NCBI GenBank assembly: GCA_951406725.2
Contig: OX597833.1
Span: 68,014,001-68,078,000 of the forward strand
Direction of reading: 5' to 3'
From: Octopus vulgaris
Lineage: Eukaryota
Length of the DNA stretch: 64,000 nt
Below the pieces are notes generated by a model, which had not been told where the DNA came from, did no database searches, and saw only the letters and a list, made by a program, of their open reading frames with translations. The translations under genes and the position numbers were made by a program. This document shows, piece after piece, positions 12,830 through 25,807 of the stretch; within the stretch, counting starts at the first letter, position 1, and the number at the start of each line of letters is the position of its first letter.

Positions 12830-13030
12830 CGCTCTGTTCGTCTGTCTGTCTCTCCATACATCTCTCTTTCCTGTCTCCATTGCTTTATTTCCTGATTTCT
12901 CTCTGTAGAAGAGCGTATGCTCGAAACGTCAAAAGTAATTAGATTTCTCCTAAGCGTCACACTAATACACTTTCTTTGTTGTTCTCTCACCTTTCTCCGT
13001 CCTCTGCTTTTGTACAAGTTTGAACTTTAT
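12830..13030 (+). mobile_element. Second copy of the same Penelope-like fragment (hammerhead motif 12897-12935)
   Basis: ctgtagaagagcgtatgctcgaaacgtcaaaag...cctaagcgtcacactaatacac parallels 10687-10752. Confidence 0.6.
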
Positions 13031-14261
13031 ATATATATGAGTAAGAGATAATCTCCTATAGATAAAAGGATACTGATAGCATCAGATAACTCCAAAGTAT
13101 GCGTCTGGCCGGAGTCACTCGTCCTCCCGAAAATATCAACGAAATGAGAATTTAATCATCTCCTACCGAGCGGACATTACGAAAGATCATATATATTCCT
13201 TCATATCTTTAATGGTATATAATGATGATGATGATACTGCTGTTATAGAGATCATATGTGTAATTTCATACTTGTTAGCCGATTTAATTTGCATCATTCT
13301 GATTAGTATTTATTTACAATTATCATAAACGCTAATTGATCTCGATTCTTGAATAATTTGGTATGTAGATGAGTTAAACAATATTTTCACCTTGTATTAT
13401 ATTCATGACAATAGCAGCGACTTTTAGAATTGAGACACATCAGACTAAATACATCTTCAAGTACTTACATCTGTTTTTCTGCTGGATAGACGCTGCTGTC
13501 TGATTCCAATAACTTCGATGTCAGAAGTGATTATCACCGAATCAGAAACGAATCTCAATGAATGCAACTTCCGTATCTGAATAACTTCTATGTAAAATAC
13601 TCTCGAGGAATGCGTATCTCACATCTTCGGGGTCCTGCGTCAAACCGCTTCGGGGTCTGTATGAAACATCTGGTAGGAGACGCGATATGTGACAAAACAT
13701 CTGGTGGACCGGGAACGGTTTGGGGCAACCATTTGGTTAGATGGTTTGTGTCACACAACTAGAGGTCCGTGTCAGACTTATTCGAGATCTGTGTCAATAT
13801 TCCCAGTGTTAGACGCATATACCTTCAGTGATTCGAAAGAAACATCTTCAGGATTTGAGTCGTTGAGCTTTCCTACCTGATTCAGACCTCTTCTGAATGA
13901 AACATCTTCTTTGTGTGACCCTAAACCAGTGATTCTCGATTGGGGTCCATATGACCCTTGGAGGTTTATATAAGATTTTGTTAACACTTATGTGCAATAA
14001 AGATGGTTATACTTCTATAATACGCAAAATATTTCAACAACTTTTGTACAATTCATAATATCATTCCCATACAATATTATAATGGATTTTTATTTAAACA
14101 TCGACTGGCTGAGGAGCTCCAATTGAGTAAAACAGGTATCAAAGAGGTCCACAGAACCACTGCTCTGACCCCTTCGGTATTTGAGTGAAGCGGTTAGTGA
14201 AAATCTCTCACTCTTCACATCCTAAACAGTAGCAAAATAAGCAACAGTAAAAATGAAATAA

Positions 14262-14296
<35 letters not shown>

Positions 14297-14755
14297 TATC
14301 CTTACCAAAGATCATCAAAAGTCTCTATTCATTCTGAATGGTTTGGGGGCCAAGGTAGCCAATCGTCTCTGCTGCTTTAATAAATACAGCTACCCTATTT
14401 GCAAAATTCGATATAAGCACAAAGCTGGATATTTGGGGGCAGGGTCTAGCCCATTACATCGACATTATAATACTTATTTTATCTAGTCCAAAATGATGGA
14501 AGGCAAAGTCCACCTGGCCGGCATTTGAACGAAGAAATGCTGCTACATATTTGTTATTGATAGTAATAATTCTTTCTTATTTTAGCACACGGGTAGCAAT
14601 GTTTAGGAGTGGAAGAATTCAATTGCATAGACCCAAGTACATGATTATTTCTTCAATGTATCGATCTTGGTGACACGCAGTAAAAATCGCTCTCGAAATC
14701 TCGAGATGGGAAACGAAGCCCGTCTTCCTCTCGCTACAACGTCAGCCAATGTATT

Positions 14756-15727
14756 TATTTCTTTACTACCCACAAGGGGCTAAACACAGAGAAGACAAAC
14801 AAGGACAGACACACGGATTAAGTCGATTATATTCGACCCCAGTGCGTAACTGGTACTTATTTCATAGACCCGAAAGGATGAAAGGCAAAGTCGACCTCGG
14901 CGGAATTTGAACTCAGAACGTAGCGGCAGACGAAATACCTATTTCTTTATTACTCACAAGGGGCTAAACACAGAGAAGACAAACAAGGACAGACACACGG
15001 ATTAAGTCGATTATATATCGACCCCAGTGCGTAACTGGTACTTATTTCATAGACCCCGAAAGGATGAAAGGCAAAGTCGACCTCGGCAGAATTTGAACTC
15101 AGAACGTAGCGGCAGACGAAATACCTATTTCTTTATTACTCACAAGGGGCTAAACACAGAGAGGACAAACAAGGACAGACAAACGGATTAAGTCGATTAT
15201 ATCGACCCCAGTGCGTAACTGGTACTTATTTCATCGACCCCGAAAGGATGAAAGGCAAAGTCGACCTCGGCAGAATTTGAACTCAGAACGTAGCGGCAGA
15301 CGAAATACCTATTTCTTTATTACTCACAAGGGGCTAAACACAGAGAGGACAAACAAGGACAGACAAACGGATTAAGTCGATTATATCGACCCCAGTGCGT
15401 AACTGGTACTTATTTAATCGACCCCGAAAGGATGAAAGGCAAAGTCGACCTCGGCGGAATTTGAACTCAGAACGTAGCGGCACACGAAATACCTATTTCT
15501 TTATTACTCACAAGGGGCTAAACACAGAGAGGACAAACAAGGACAGACAAACGGATTAAGTCGATTATATCGACCCCAGTGCGTAACTGGTACTTATTTC
15601 ATAGACCCCGAAAGGATGAAAGGCAAAGTCGACCTCGGCGGAATTTGAACTCAGAACGTAGCGGCAGACGAAATATCCGCTAAGCATTTCGCCCGACGTG
15701 CTAACGCTTCAGCCGGCTCGCCGCCTT
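14756..15727 (-). mobile_element. Family B SINE multimer: one tRNA head plus five tandem bodies of about 184 bp
   Basis: Units start at 14756, 14940, 15126, 15310 and 15494; single head at about 15677-15727; flanked by cgtcagccaatgtat and cgtcagctaatgtat (target-site duplication). Confidence 0.95.
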
Positions 15728-16869
15728 CCGTCAGCTAATGTATCTTCTTACAAAGAGATGGCGCTGTGCCATTGAAATTAATCAATATTCTCTTCCATGT
15801 TTATGCAAGTTGGCAAGAACTTTCCCATTCCAAATTGAAGGTGTTGCAATTATTCTGTTAATGTTTGTTGCGATGAGTGCGAATGTCACGAAATCCACAT
15901 GGCCTTCCATTCTAAATTCGGTTGTTAGTTACGAAATAAATATCACTTCGCAGATTAGTTTAAAAAGATTACTTCCATTGGTACCTCGAAAATCTGAAAT
16001 TATGCTAATCTAGTTTCAGCTGCCGCATAACCTTGCTTATAAATCGTTTTAGCATTAAAGTTCCATCAACAGACACTTAGGTAACCAAATTTGCTGTGCG
16101 TAGCAGAAGATTAATCTAATAGTGGGAGTGAATGCAGGATAATTATTAAATTATCCTAGAAAGGGTAATTCTAATCTGTTACACCCATGGCAGTTAAATT
16201 AGGTTTTCGACATTGGAAGTTTGAAGTGAAAAGAGAAAATCAGGTAGCATTCAGATAACTTATATATGCCAAAACTCCATCCGCCTTAATTCACCTACTT
16301 CTTTCTTCAGACGTCGAAGTCATTTTGTTATTTCTGTATTATGTGAATCTCTTTATCTTATTCATTTGAAAGTCCATTTGTAAACCGTGTAAACCATTAT
16401 ACTATTTCTATACACACGCACAGACAAACACTTAGTCTCCACAGAGATGTTGTTGACGAAAAATGGATTTAGAAATTTCCTGAGTACATGGATTTATAAA
16501 TTTCTTGAGTGTGAATATCGGGTTAAAAATCGCTTTGGATAGGTAAAATAAAACGGACAACCTTCGACTCGTTCCATCTAAACACGCTGTTATTTATAGC
16601 TTTATCTACTTCAAGTGAAACCAGTCGGAAATATATGCACATACGCCTAACAATATTTATACACTTCTGTATATGTATGTATGTATTTAAAAGAAGCGTG
16701 GCGTTTATGATGTAATATTTATTCTATGGTTTACACATGTTTCAACAACTTACAGATAACCAAAATACCATGCCACGTGGAAGGTCATGAACGAGAACGA
16801 CGATTTACTCATGAATATTATACAATATACATCGCATATTAGCACCAGCTGTTAGTTCTTCACATGGAA

Positions 16870-17229
16870 GCACTCCGTCGATCACGACAATGAGGGTTCC
16901 GGTTGATCCGATCAACGGAACAGCCTGCTCGTGAAATTAACGTGTAAGTGGCTGAGCACTCCACAGACACGTGTACCATTAACGTAGTTCTCGGGGATAT
17001 TCAGCGTAACACAGAGAGTGACAAGGCCGGCCCTTTGAAATACAGGTACAACAGAAACAGGAAGTAAGAGTGAGAGAAAGTTGTGGTGAAAGAGTACAGC
17101 AGGGATCACCACCAGCCCTGCCGGAGCCTCGTGGAGCTTTAGGTGTTTTCGCTCAATAAATACTCACAACGCCCGGTCTGGGAATCGAAACCGCGATCCT
17201 ATGACCTTCGACTGAGCCATTGCGCCTCC
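16870..17229 (-). mobile_element. Family C SINE subtype 1
   Basis: Matches 5246-5600; B box ggtttcgattccc on the minus strand. Confidence 0.9.
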
Positions 17230-17254
17230 ACAGTTCTTCACAACCGACTGGACA

Positions 17255-17410
17255 AAGAAATTCATATAGTTTACAGCTGAGTGGACAGAGGCAATATGAA
17301 ACGAAACGCTTTATTGAAGAACATAAGGTACTGCCAGGTCTGAGAATCATAACCAAGATCTTGCGATCTTAATTCTTGGCAAAAACTTAACCACTACACC
17401 ACGCGCCTTC
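17255..17410 (-). mobile_element. Degenerate 5' part of family C subtype 2 SINE
   Basis: Minus strand gaaggcgcgtggtgtagtggttaag...tccactcagctgtaaa resembles the heads at 41229 and 56884. Confidence 0.6.
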
Positions 17411-17418
17411 ACGAGAGC

Positions 17419-17464
<46 letters not shown>

Positions 17465-17819
17465 CTAATCACTAAATTGAGTTAGTAACTTTTTAAACAT
17501 TTCTTCGATGAATTAGTGAAATGAATTAAAAGACTAAAATGCGGTTTTCTTGTTATATTTAAGAAACAATATTAAGCAAATAACTTTGCTAAACAAGTAG
17601 ATGGAGAGGAATAAAAAGAAAGCTTGTTTTTCAATATAGTATTTAGATTAGCTTATATGAATTCTATTAATATAAGTAAATAAACTCAAATTTGGTTCTA
17701 CAAAAGAAAAAAGTAAAAAACGTCAATGTACACTTAGCGTCTGGAGAAAATACATTTTGTGTAAAATATTTTGTTTTCGTCATTGATTTTCCAAAAGAAA
17801 ATATAAGATGCTTTTCTTT

Positions 17820-18770
<951 letters not shown>

Positions 18771-19392
18771 AATCTATGTCTGGGGCCTATGATTAAACTA
18801 TGAAACAAACTGCAGATTTCTAATCTCGTGAATACAAAGAGAAATTCCTCAACCAGGCAACACCGCCAGGACCGCATAAAGACTTGTGTGCGAAACGTAG
18901 TCGCGGTTTTAAGGAAAATGGAAGCCTCAGAGAATAAATTATTAGCAGTTAAATACATAATGTCGCTGCTGCGAAGAGATTTCTGGAAACTTCGAAGATT
19001 ATTGATAAAAGTTTTTACTTCCCTCGTTAATGTATAAATGCAGATAACCTAGAATTATGAGACACTATTTAATGCTTACAGCTATAAATCCTTCCTAGAA
19101 TTTCTTCACAAACGACACTTAGAATAATCCTTCAGTTTCTTTGTTACCTGTCGCAGATTTATTATAGATGGAACTTTATAACAACATAAAACGTAAGAGC
19201 ATATTTGCTATCGATCTGTTAGAAACTGTAACTAAATCTCCCTCAAATTACACTGTATCGTTTACATTTTTTCTTTTACTTGCTTCAGTCATTAGACTGC
19301 GGCCATGCTGGGGCATCCCCTTAATGAATTTCTAGTCGACTGAATCGACTCCTGTACTTATTTCTTATTTTCAACCATATATATATATATAT

Positions 19393-19585
19393 ATCTGTAA
19401 AAATAATATGTGACAATTATTCGGTAGCCATAATAAAACTCCGAGCTTCGGATGCCGAGGTGGAAATCCACGCCACCATCTCTTCAGTTATCCGGCCATC
19501 GGTTTTTCCGATTTCAACCTCGGCATCCGAAACTCGGAGTTTTATCTTGGCTCCCGAATAATTGTCACATATTACTTTTACAGAT
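19393..19585. repeat. Fold-back (arms about 76 bp) overlapping a hammerhead motif
   Basis: atctgtaaaaataatatgtgacaattattcgg...ggatgccgaggtggaaatc is complementary to gatttcaacctcggcatccg...aataattgtcacatattacttttacagat. Confidence 0.92.
19432..19492 (-). ncRNA. Type I hammerhead motif (left arm has GAAG; right arm keeps GAAA)
   Basis: Minus strand reads gataa-CTGAAGA-gatg...catcc-GAAG-Ctcgga-GTT-ttatt. The inverted copy reads ccGAAACtcggaGTTttatc. Confidence 0.62.
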
Positions 19586-19676
19586 TAAATTCCTCTATTT
19601 ATATAATAATTAGGTCTCTTTCTTTCTTTTGTTATCTTACCGTTTTTATCTATCTACCTATCATCTCTCTTTCACC

Positions 19677-19739
<63 letters not shown>

Positions 19740-20558
19740 CATACACACTACTGGCTTCTTTCAGTTGCCGTCTATCAAATTATCTCACAAGGCTTTGGTG
19801 GGCCTGTGACTATAGTGAGATTGAACCGGGAACCATGTGGTTGGGAAGCAAGATACTTCCCACGCAGTCACACCTGCGACAACAAATGAAACGAATAAAC
19901 AGTATCTAGCCAGTGGTAGAGCCGCTATCTCCAGCTGACTGACTCTCTTCACTACAATTATGCAATTCTCTCTCCAGTACTCCTGTACAATAGAAATTAG
20001 TCACACAACACACTGAGAATCGTGCTTATTTGGTCACTAAGCGGATTAAGTAAAGGACAATTTTCTTAGATACATTATCTTGATACGGTAAACTGTCAAT
20101 TTAAGCATTCTGTCCAGCGTGCCTCTAATGTGTACGATCAAAGTCAGGGTCCTTCTGGGACTGACTATCTGCTAGAAATAAAGTGCAAATCAGATAAAGT
20201 GCGCACAGGCCTCTGTACGTATGTGTGTGTGTGTGTGTACCGCTTGTTACAACGCACTTTCAGTTCGGTCTTCGTTTCCATCTAACTCTTTTCCCCACCG
20301 TCGTGGAGGCCTGACTAATTGCATTTTTCGGTCTCTTGGATACCACTTGACAACTGAACGGAGCGCCCAGTGTGTTACCTGTCGACATTGCGACATGTCA
20401 AGCCCAGTGGAATGTGTGCTTTTGTTACTCTACCATATAATCTCATTTCGAATGTGATTTCCTAATAGTATTACGAGCAGGAAATCTTTCCATTGCCTTT
20501 GTGCCTTAGCCAATTGTTGTCCTGTCATCTTCGTAGTAGCCGACGTCTCTTTATTCAT

Positions 20559-20599
<41 letters not shown>

Positions 20600-20603
<4 letters not shown>

Positions 20604-20900
20604 CTGTTGTTACTGTCCTGTTTTTGTTACCATTTTTTACCCCTCTGCGAAAAGATCTCAGAATTTTAATTGATTTGCTTTTCGCTGGAAGGAAAGTTTC
20701 TTGTCGAAGATACGTCTCGCTTTTATCCTTCGAAACGTAGAGTAGATGAAACCATAGCGACTGAAGAAGGGGTTTTTTCTTTGTGTTAATTGTCCTGTAC
20801 TCTATTTTTTTGTTTTTAAATAAATGTCCAGTTCCTTTGGTTTGTGTCTATGTTTTCGTTTCTCATTGTGTTCGACGCCCTTTTGGTGTCCTGTACTCAT
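20600..20900 (+). mobile_element. Penelope-like fragment with decayed hammerhead (about 20680-20752)
   Basis: ttttcg-CTG-gaagga...tccttc-GAAAC-gtaga-GTA-gatgaaa; the core appears to have lost about 4 nt. Confidence 0.4.
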
Positions 20901-21081
20901 ATATGCGTGTATATGTACATGTAGAGGTAGGTACGTACATATATGTTTATATATATGCATATGTTTTATTTTATTTATATAATATATATATATATATATA
21001 TACATACATACATAAAGAAATTGGAGTCAACAAGAGGGTGTATGGTTGGATAGTAATTTTTAATCACTATATATATATACA

Positions 21082-21269
21082 AATTTATAATTATATAAAT
21101 GATTATATTAAAGATTAATCACACTAAAAATAGACGCCAATGGGCTCTAAAACCTTTTCAATACTCCATTAGTACTGAAGTGGATTTAGAGCCATTTGGC
21201 CTCTATTACTGGCGTGTTGTTGTGGTTAATGTGCACAGTTTAATATGATTATTTATATAATTATAAATT
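21082..21269. repeat. Imperfect fold-back
   Basis: aatttataattatataaatgattatattaaa against tttaatatgattatttatataattataaatt; inner aatagacgccaatgggctctaaa against tttagagccatttggcctctatt. Confidence 0.7.
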
Positions 21270-21671
21270 AGCATAAAATGTTACCTATAAGGGTTTTTTC
21301 TCTCGCTGACCACTTCAGAAAATCATTAAAGTATGATTTAAATATTAATACGGCAGATGTTTGATGTACCTTCGAAGAATTTCCGGCCTCCACCTCTTTG
21401 TGTGCATGTATGTATGTATGTATGAATGTGTGTGTGTGTGTTTACTTTTGTATTATAATAAAGCCACTTTTTCATTAAATTGAACGATGGGTCAAGACTT
21501 TTGATAGATTAAAAATTTATTATTCTTAAAGAACCATAGTATTTAGAGTGACTTAGAAATTTCGGCCAACTAACCCATCATCGGTTGTTCGAGAATGACT
21601 TCGCTGGCTGAAACTTCGAGTGCCCTGTCAATACCATTTTCGTTAAAGAATAACACACACTCACACACACG

Positions 21672-21756
<85 letters not shown>

Positions 21757-21759
<3 letters not shown>

Positions 21760-22161
21760 CGCAGGAGTGGCTGTGTGGTAAGTAGCTTGGTAACCAACGA
21801 TATGGTTCCGGGTTCAGTCCCACTGCGTGACATCTTGGGCAAGTGTCTTCTGCTATAGCCCCGGGCCGACCAATGCCTTGTGAGTGGATTTGGTAGACGG
21901 AAACTGAAAGAAGCCTGTCGTATATATGTATATGTATATATATGTATGTGTGTGTGTGTGTTTGTGTGTCTGTGTTTGTCCCCCTAGCATTCCTTGACAG
22001 CCGATGCTGGTATGTTTACGTCCCCGTCACTTGGCGGTTCGGCAAAAGAGACCGATAGAATAAGTACTAGGCTTACAAAGAATAAATTCCGGGGTCTATT
22101 TGCTCAACTAAAGGCGGTGCTCCAGCATGGCCGCAGTCAAATGACTGAAACAAGTAAAAGA

Positions 22162-22163
<2 letters not shown>
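21757..22163 (+). mobile_element. Family A SINE, full length, flanked by (TA)n on both sides
   Basis: Complete head, body and tail. Confidence 0.95.
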
Positions 22164-22219
<56 letters not shown>

Positions 22220-22789
22220 ACAGACGGACGTCTTAAGTATTTAATAAAATAGGAAGGCACCAAACCATTTTCAATATGTCGGTGTTGTTGTTTTATAACG
22301 TTCTACGTTTTGGTCTGAAGAAATCTTTCTTACGACTTTCGTATTAAATACATCGATAAACTTTTTCGCGGAAAGACACTAAGAACAAAGAGAAGGATAA
22401 AATCAATACCAGAATGATATCAGTTCTCTGTAGATGCTATATCTGTGTATCACCATGATATTAGAATGAAAGAATGCAAATAAGAAAAAAAACCCAGTAA
22501 AACCATATGAAACCTTGAAACACTTTATTACAGAATTAAATCCGAATAGCGTGACGAAGTCTGTTTTTTTGTATAATCTATTTCCTTTTTTCCTTTTTTC
22601 TTTTTATTTTTCTTGGCGTAAGTTCCTTTCAGTTATTATCTCTGTAGAATTTCCCTCGGGAATATACCAATTCCTAACTAATTTCAAGACACGTTTCCTT
22701 ACAAAGACAAACAGAAAGTCACATATATAGCTTGGAATTGCTAAAGGCGAATTTGATTGTGGAAATCGCAATCTCTGTCTGTATCGTCT

Positions 22790-22844
<55 letters not shown>

Positions 22845-23380
22845 ACGGGAGACAGTGTGTGGCTGGAAATAAAAAAAAATCTACATTTATATTCATTTGA
22901 AGACTACATTCAGCAAAAAGCATAAGGTCATATAAAGTAGTGATATTACTTACAACATATATATATATACATCCATTTGTGTGTGTGTATGTGTGTTCTC
23001 TGTGTTAATATAATAACGTGATGCGCTGAAGACCCGCGGTTTACCTGCACTATTAACACTCCTCCTAGAAGATGCGTATAACCACAACGACGAAACGTGT
23101 GTAGGGAATAAACTTTTATTGACTAGCAGAGACATCATTAGTACGCCAGATAAAATGCTTACTATAATTACTTTCAGCTTTATGTTCTGAGTAAAAAAAT
23201 TCCGTTCTGAGGTTGACTTTGCCTGTCATCATTTTGGGTCCGATGACATAAGTACCAGCTGAACACAAGGATCGAAGTAATTCACCAGACCTCTTCCGAC
23301 AAATTTCAGACCATGGAAAGATTATCATTATTGTTATGATTATGATTATTATTATTATTATTATTAAGGAAGGAATATTA

Positions 23381-23573
23381 TTATTACCTTCGCCCAAGCG
23401 AAGGCGGTGGTATTGTTTTCAGTCGTGTTTGTCTGTGGACAAGATATTTAAAGACCCACTTAATGGATTCGAATGAAACTTTCAGGGACGTTTCGCCTCG
23501 TGACTGGCACGAACCGATTAAATTTTGGGATCGATCCAATACTGTACAAGGATTCTAGATTATTTGTCACATT
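23381..23573 (+). mobile_element. Helentron-associated (HINE/DINE-1-like) non-autonomous element, 5' part
   Basis: Starts ttattaccttcgcccaagcgaaggcggtggtattgttttc, then tgtttgtctgt...ggattcgaatgaaacttt, the usual HINE layout; interrupted by a family B SINE. Confidence 0.55.
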
Positions 23574-23577
23574 TAAA

Positions 23578-23808
23578 AGGCGGCGAGCTGGCAGTGTCGT
23601 TAGCACGCCGGGCGAAATGCGTAGCTTTATTTCGTCTGTTGTTACGTTCGGAGTTCAAATTCCGCCGAGGTCTACTTTGCCTTTCATCCTTTTGGGGTCG
23701 ATAAATTAAGCACCAATTATGCACTGGGGTCGATGTAGTCGACTTAATCCGTTTGTCTGTCCTTGCTTGTCCCCTCTACGTTTAGCCCCTTGTGGGTAGT
23801 AAAGAAAT
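23578..23808 (+). mobile_element. Family B SINE monomer
   Basis: aggcggcgagctggcag...gagttcaaattccgccgagg...tgtgggtagtaaagaaata; target-site duplication attatttgt(c/t)acat. Confidence 0.95.
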
Positions 23809-24199
23809 ATATATTATTTGTTACATCTACTTTACTTTACATGAAGTGTTATGATCTTACTTTGACTTTCAAGTCCTTCCCTGATTATCTCAGTGTTTCC
23901 ACGTAAGTAATGGCGGTGTTGCTATTTCCAAAGTTTTATATTCGTTTCTCTATTATTAATTTTACTCGCGTCTCTATCCTAATAGAAACTGATGGATAAA
24001 GAAATCAAACTACATAAACAAACGGCAGCAAAACCGTTCGGAAATTAAATAACACTAACATATTCAGTAACAATAATAAAAATCTAATTTGTCCTCGACA
24101 ATTTTTAGTGTTACTAATTTCGAATATATTGCTCCTGTTTAAAACCTCTTACCTACTTGACATTTCCATTTCTAGCTCTACCTTGAAGGAAGTTTTACT

Positions 24200-24362
24200 T
24201 CTTGGACTCATGTTTTCGTGCGCAACGATGTTAAACCTCCGTTAACAGCACCGTATGCAGATCCTCTCCCCTTTCTTTCATGCACAGATAAATTTATCTC
24301 TATAGACATTAATGGTCGTAAAGACACTATATCAGTGGATAAACTAAAAGAGGCCTTCAGAG
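24200..24362 (+). pseudogene. Ty3/Gypsy integrase C-terminal (GPY/F module) remnant
   Basis: Translation WTHVFVRNDVKPPLTAPYADPLPFLSCTDKFISIDINGRKDTISVDKLKEAF fits the pattern VFVR..PPL..PY.GP...DTVS.DRLK. Confidence 0.75.
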
Positions 24363-24386
24363 AGAATATCTTCTCATTCTATTTAA

Positions 24387-24419
<33 letters not shown>

Positions 24420-24421
<2 letters not shown>

Positions 24422-24649
24422 GAGCAAAACGCCCTCCCGTCCAATGGACGGTGCTGATGTACTTGCGCGTACAAATGCACGTTCCGACGGCTTTATCGAT
24501 CGTATTCTCACTTGGAATCGATTTTTGGAATTTTTTCAAGACATATACGCCCTGATACCGTCGGTATCTACATATCAAATTTGAGCGCAATCGGCTGGAG
24601 AATACCCGAGATTCTAGAACACACACACAGACAGAACGGATTTTATATA

Positions 24650-24650
<1 letters not shown>
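24420..24650 (-). mobile_element. Non-autonomous Helitron/Helentron-like element inserted in (TA)n
   Basis: Minus strand starts tatataaaatccgttctgtctgtgtgtg...ccgattgcgctcaaatttg; subterminal hairpin ccgtccaatggacgg near 24438-24452. Confidence 0.55.
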
Positions 24651-24711
<61 letters not shown>

Positions 24712-25035
24712 AACATAACTTAGCATTATGAATTATTTCGTAAACAGCTTAAGGATCGTTATTCGTTTTTCGAGTAGAAATTTATTATGTATTTGTTGAA
24801 TTAATAATAGATATTTTCTTCCCAAATACTATTTCTATCATTTTATTTTTGCAAATTCATTAGATTTCAGAATTGCTAAATCAACAGAAAACTGAATTTC
24901 TGTATTAATTAGATATTATGGACGCTGGACATTATCGGCAAAGTCTGGTTCTGCTGAATGTGCTATTGTGTTCCTCTTTGTATCATTTTCGCTTAACATC
25001 GTTCAAATAGCTTTATTTTCTGAGCCTGCTCGAGT

Positions 25036-25088
<53 letters not shown>

Positions 25089-25288
25089 CATCATCATCAT
25101 CAGACTGCATTATGTCATTTGTAACATTCGAATACGCTACAACTACAAGCGTATAAGAACACAGATATCTCTGAGTGTGTATATGTGTCTGTGTATATTT
25201 ATTTGTTTATATATAGAAAATTGTAGATATATATTTGCATAATCATGCACACACACATACACAAATATATCCATACATACATTCGGGA

Positions 25289-25325
<37 letters not shown>

Positions 25326-25481
25326 TCTCTTTTGCCTGCGTTGTTTGCCTTTTAAGTGCTGTGGTTTTACTGGGATCTCCCTTTTAAGTAGAAAGAATAG
25401 CCAAAACTCTTTGACTGCTATTTCCAAATCCGGTGGGTCGTGAGGCAAATCGTTGCTAAACCCTTAATTACTAAGTATTAC

Positions 25482-25513
<32 letters not shown>

Positions 25514-25762
25514 TATTAATTTATAAAAATATGGTAAAGTAAAATAATTCACTTTACCACACACCGAACTTTTCCGAAATAGCAGCCAAAAACTTGGCTA
25601 TTTCTTCAACTGCAAATAAAAGTCTCCAGACAATGTATACTCAGAAAAATAACTCACATAGGAATAAGGGAAAAACAATGAAAGATCACATCCATATACG
25701 ATACCCGAGGACAGTCTGTTTCTGGATTTGTGGGTAAAACGCCACTTTTCCTTCATCAGCTC

Positions 25763-25807
<45 letters not shown>

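Larger units (their letters stand above)
19270..19880 (-). mobile_element. Family A SINE interrupted by a fold-back element
   Basis: 3' end at 19270-19365 and 5' part at 19750-19878. Confidence 0.7.

Noticed and set aside
14756-15727. CRISPR-like array or hammerhead retrozyme
   Set aside because: Units are contiguous with no unique spacers, match dispersed SINE monomers, and I found no CTGANGA core on either strand.
25388-25612. Weak inverted repeat with a hammerhead-like CTCACGA...GAAA...GTC on the minus strand
   Set aside because: Arms are short and mismatched, and stems I and III do not pair convincingly.
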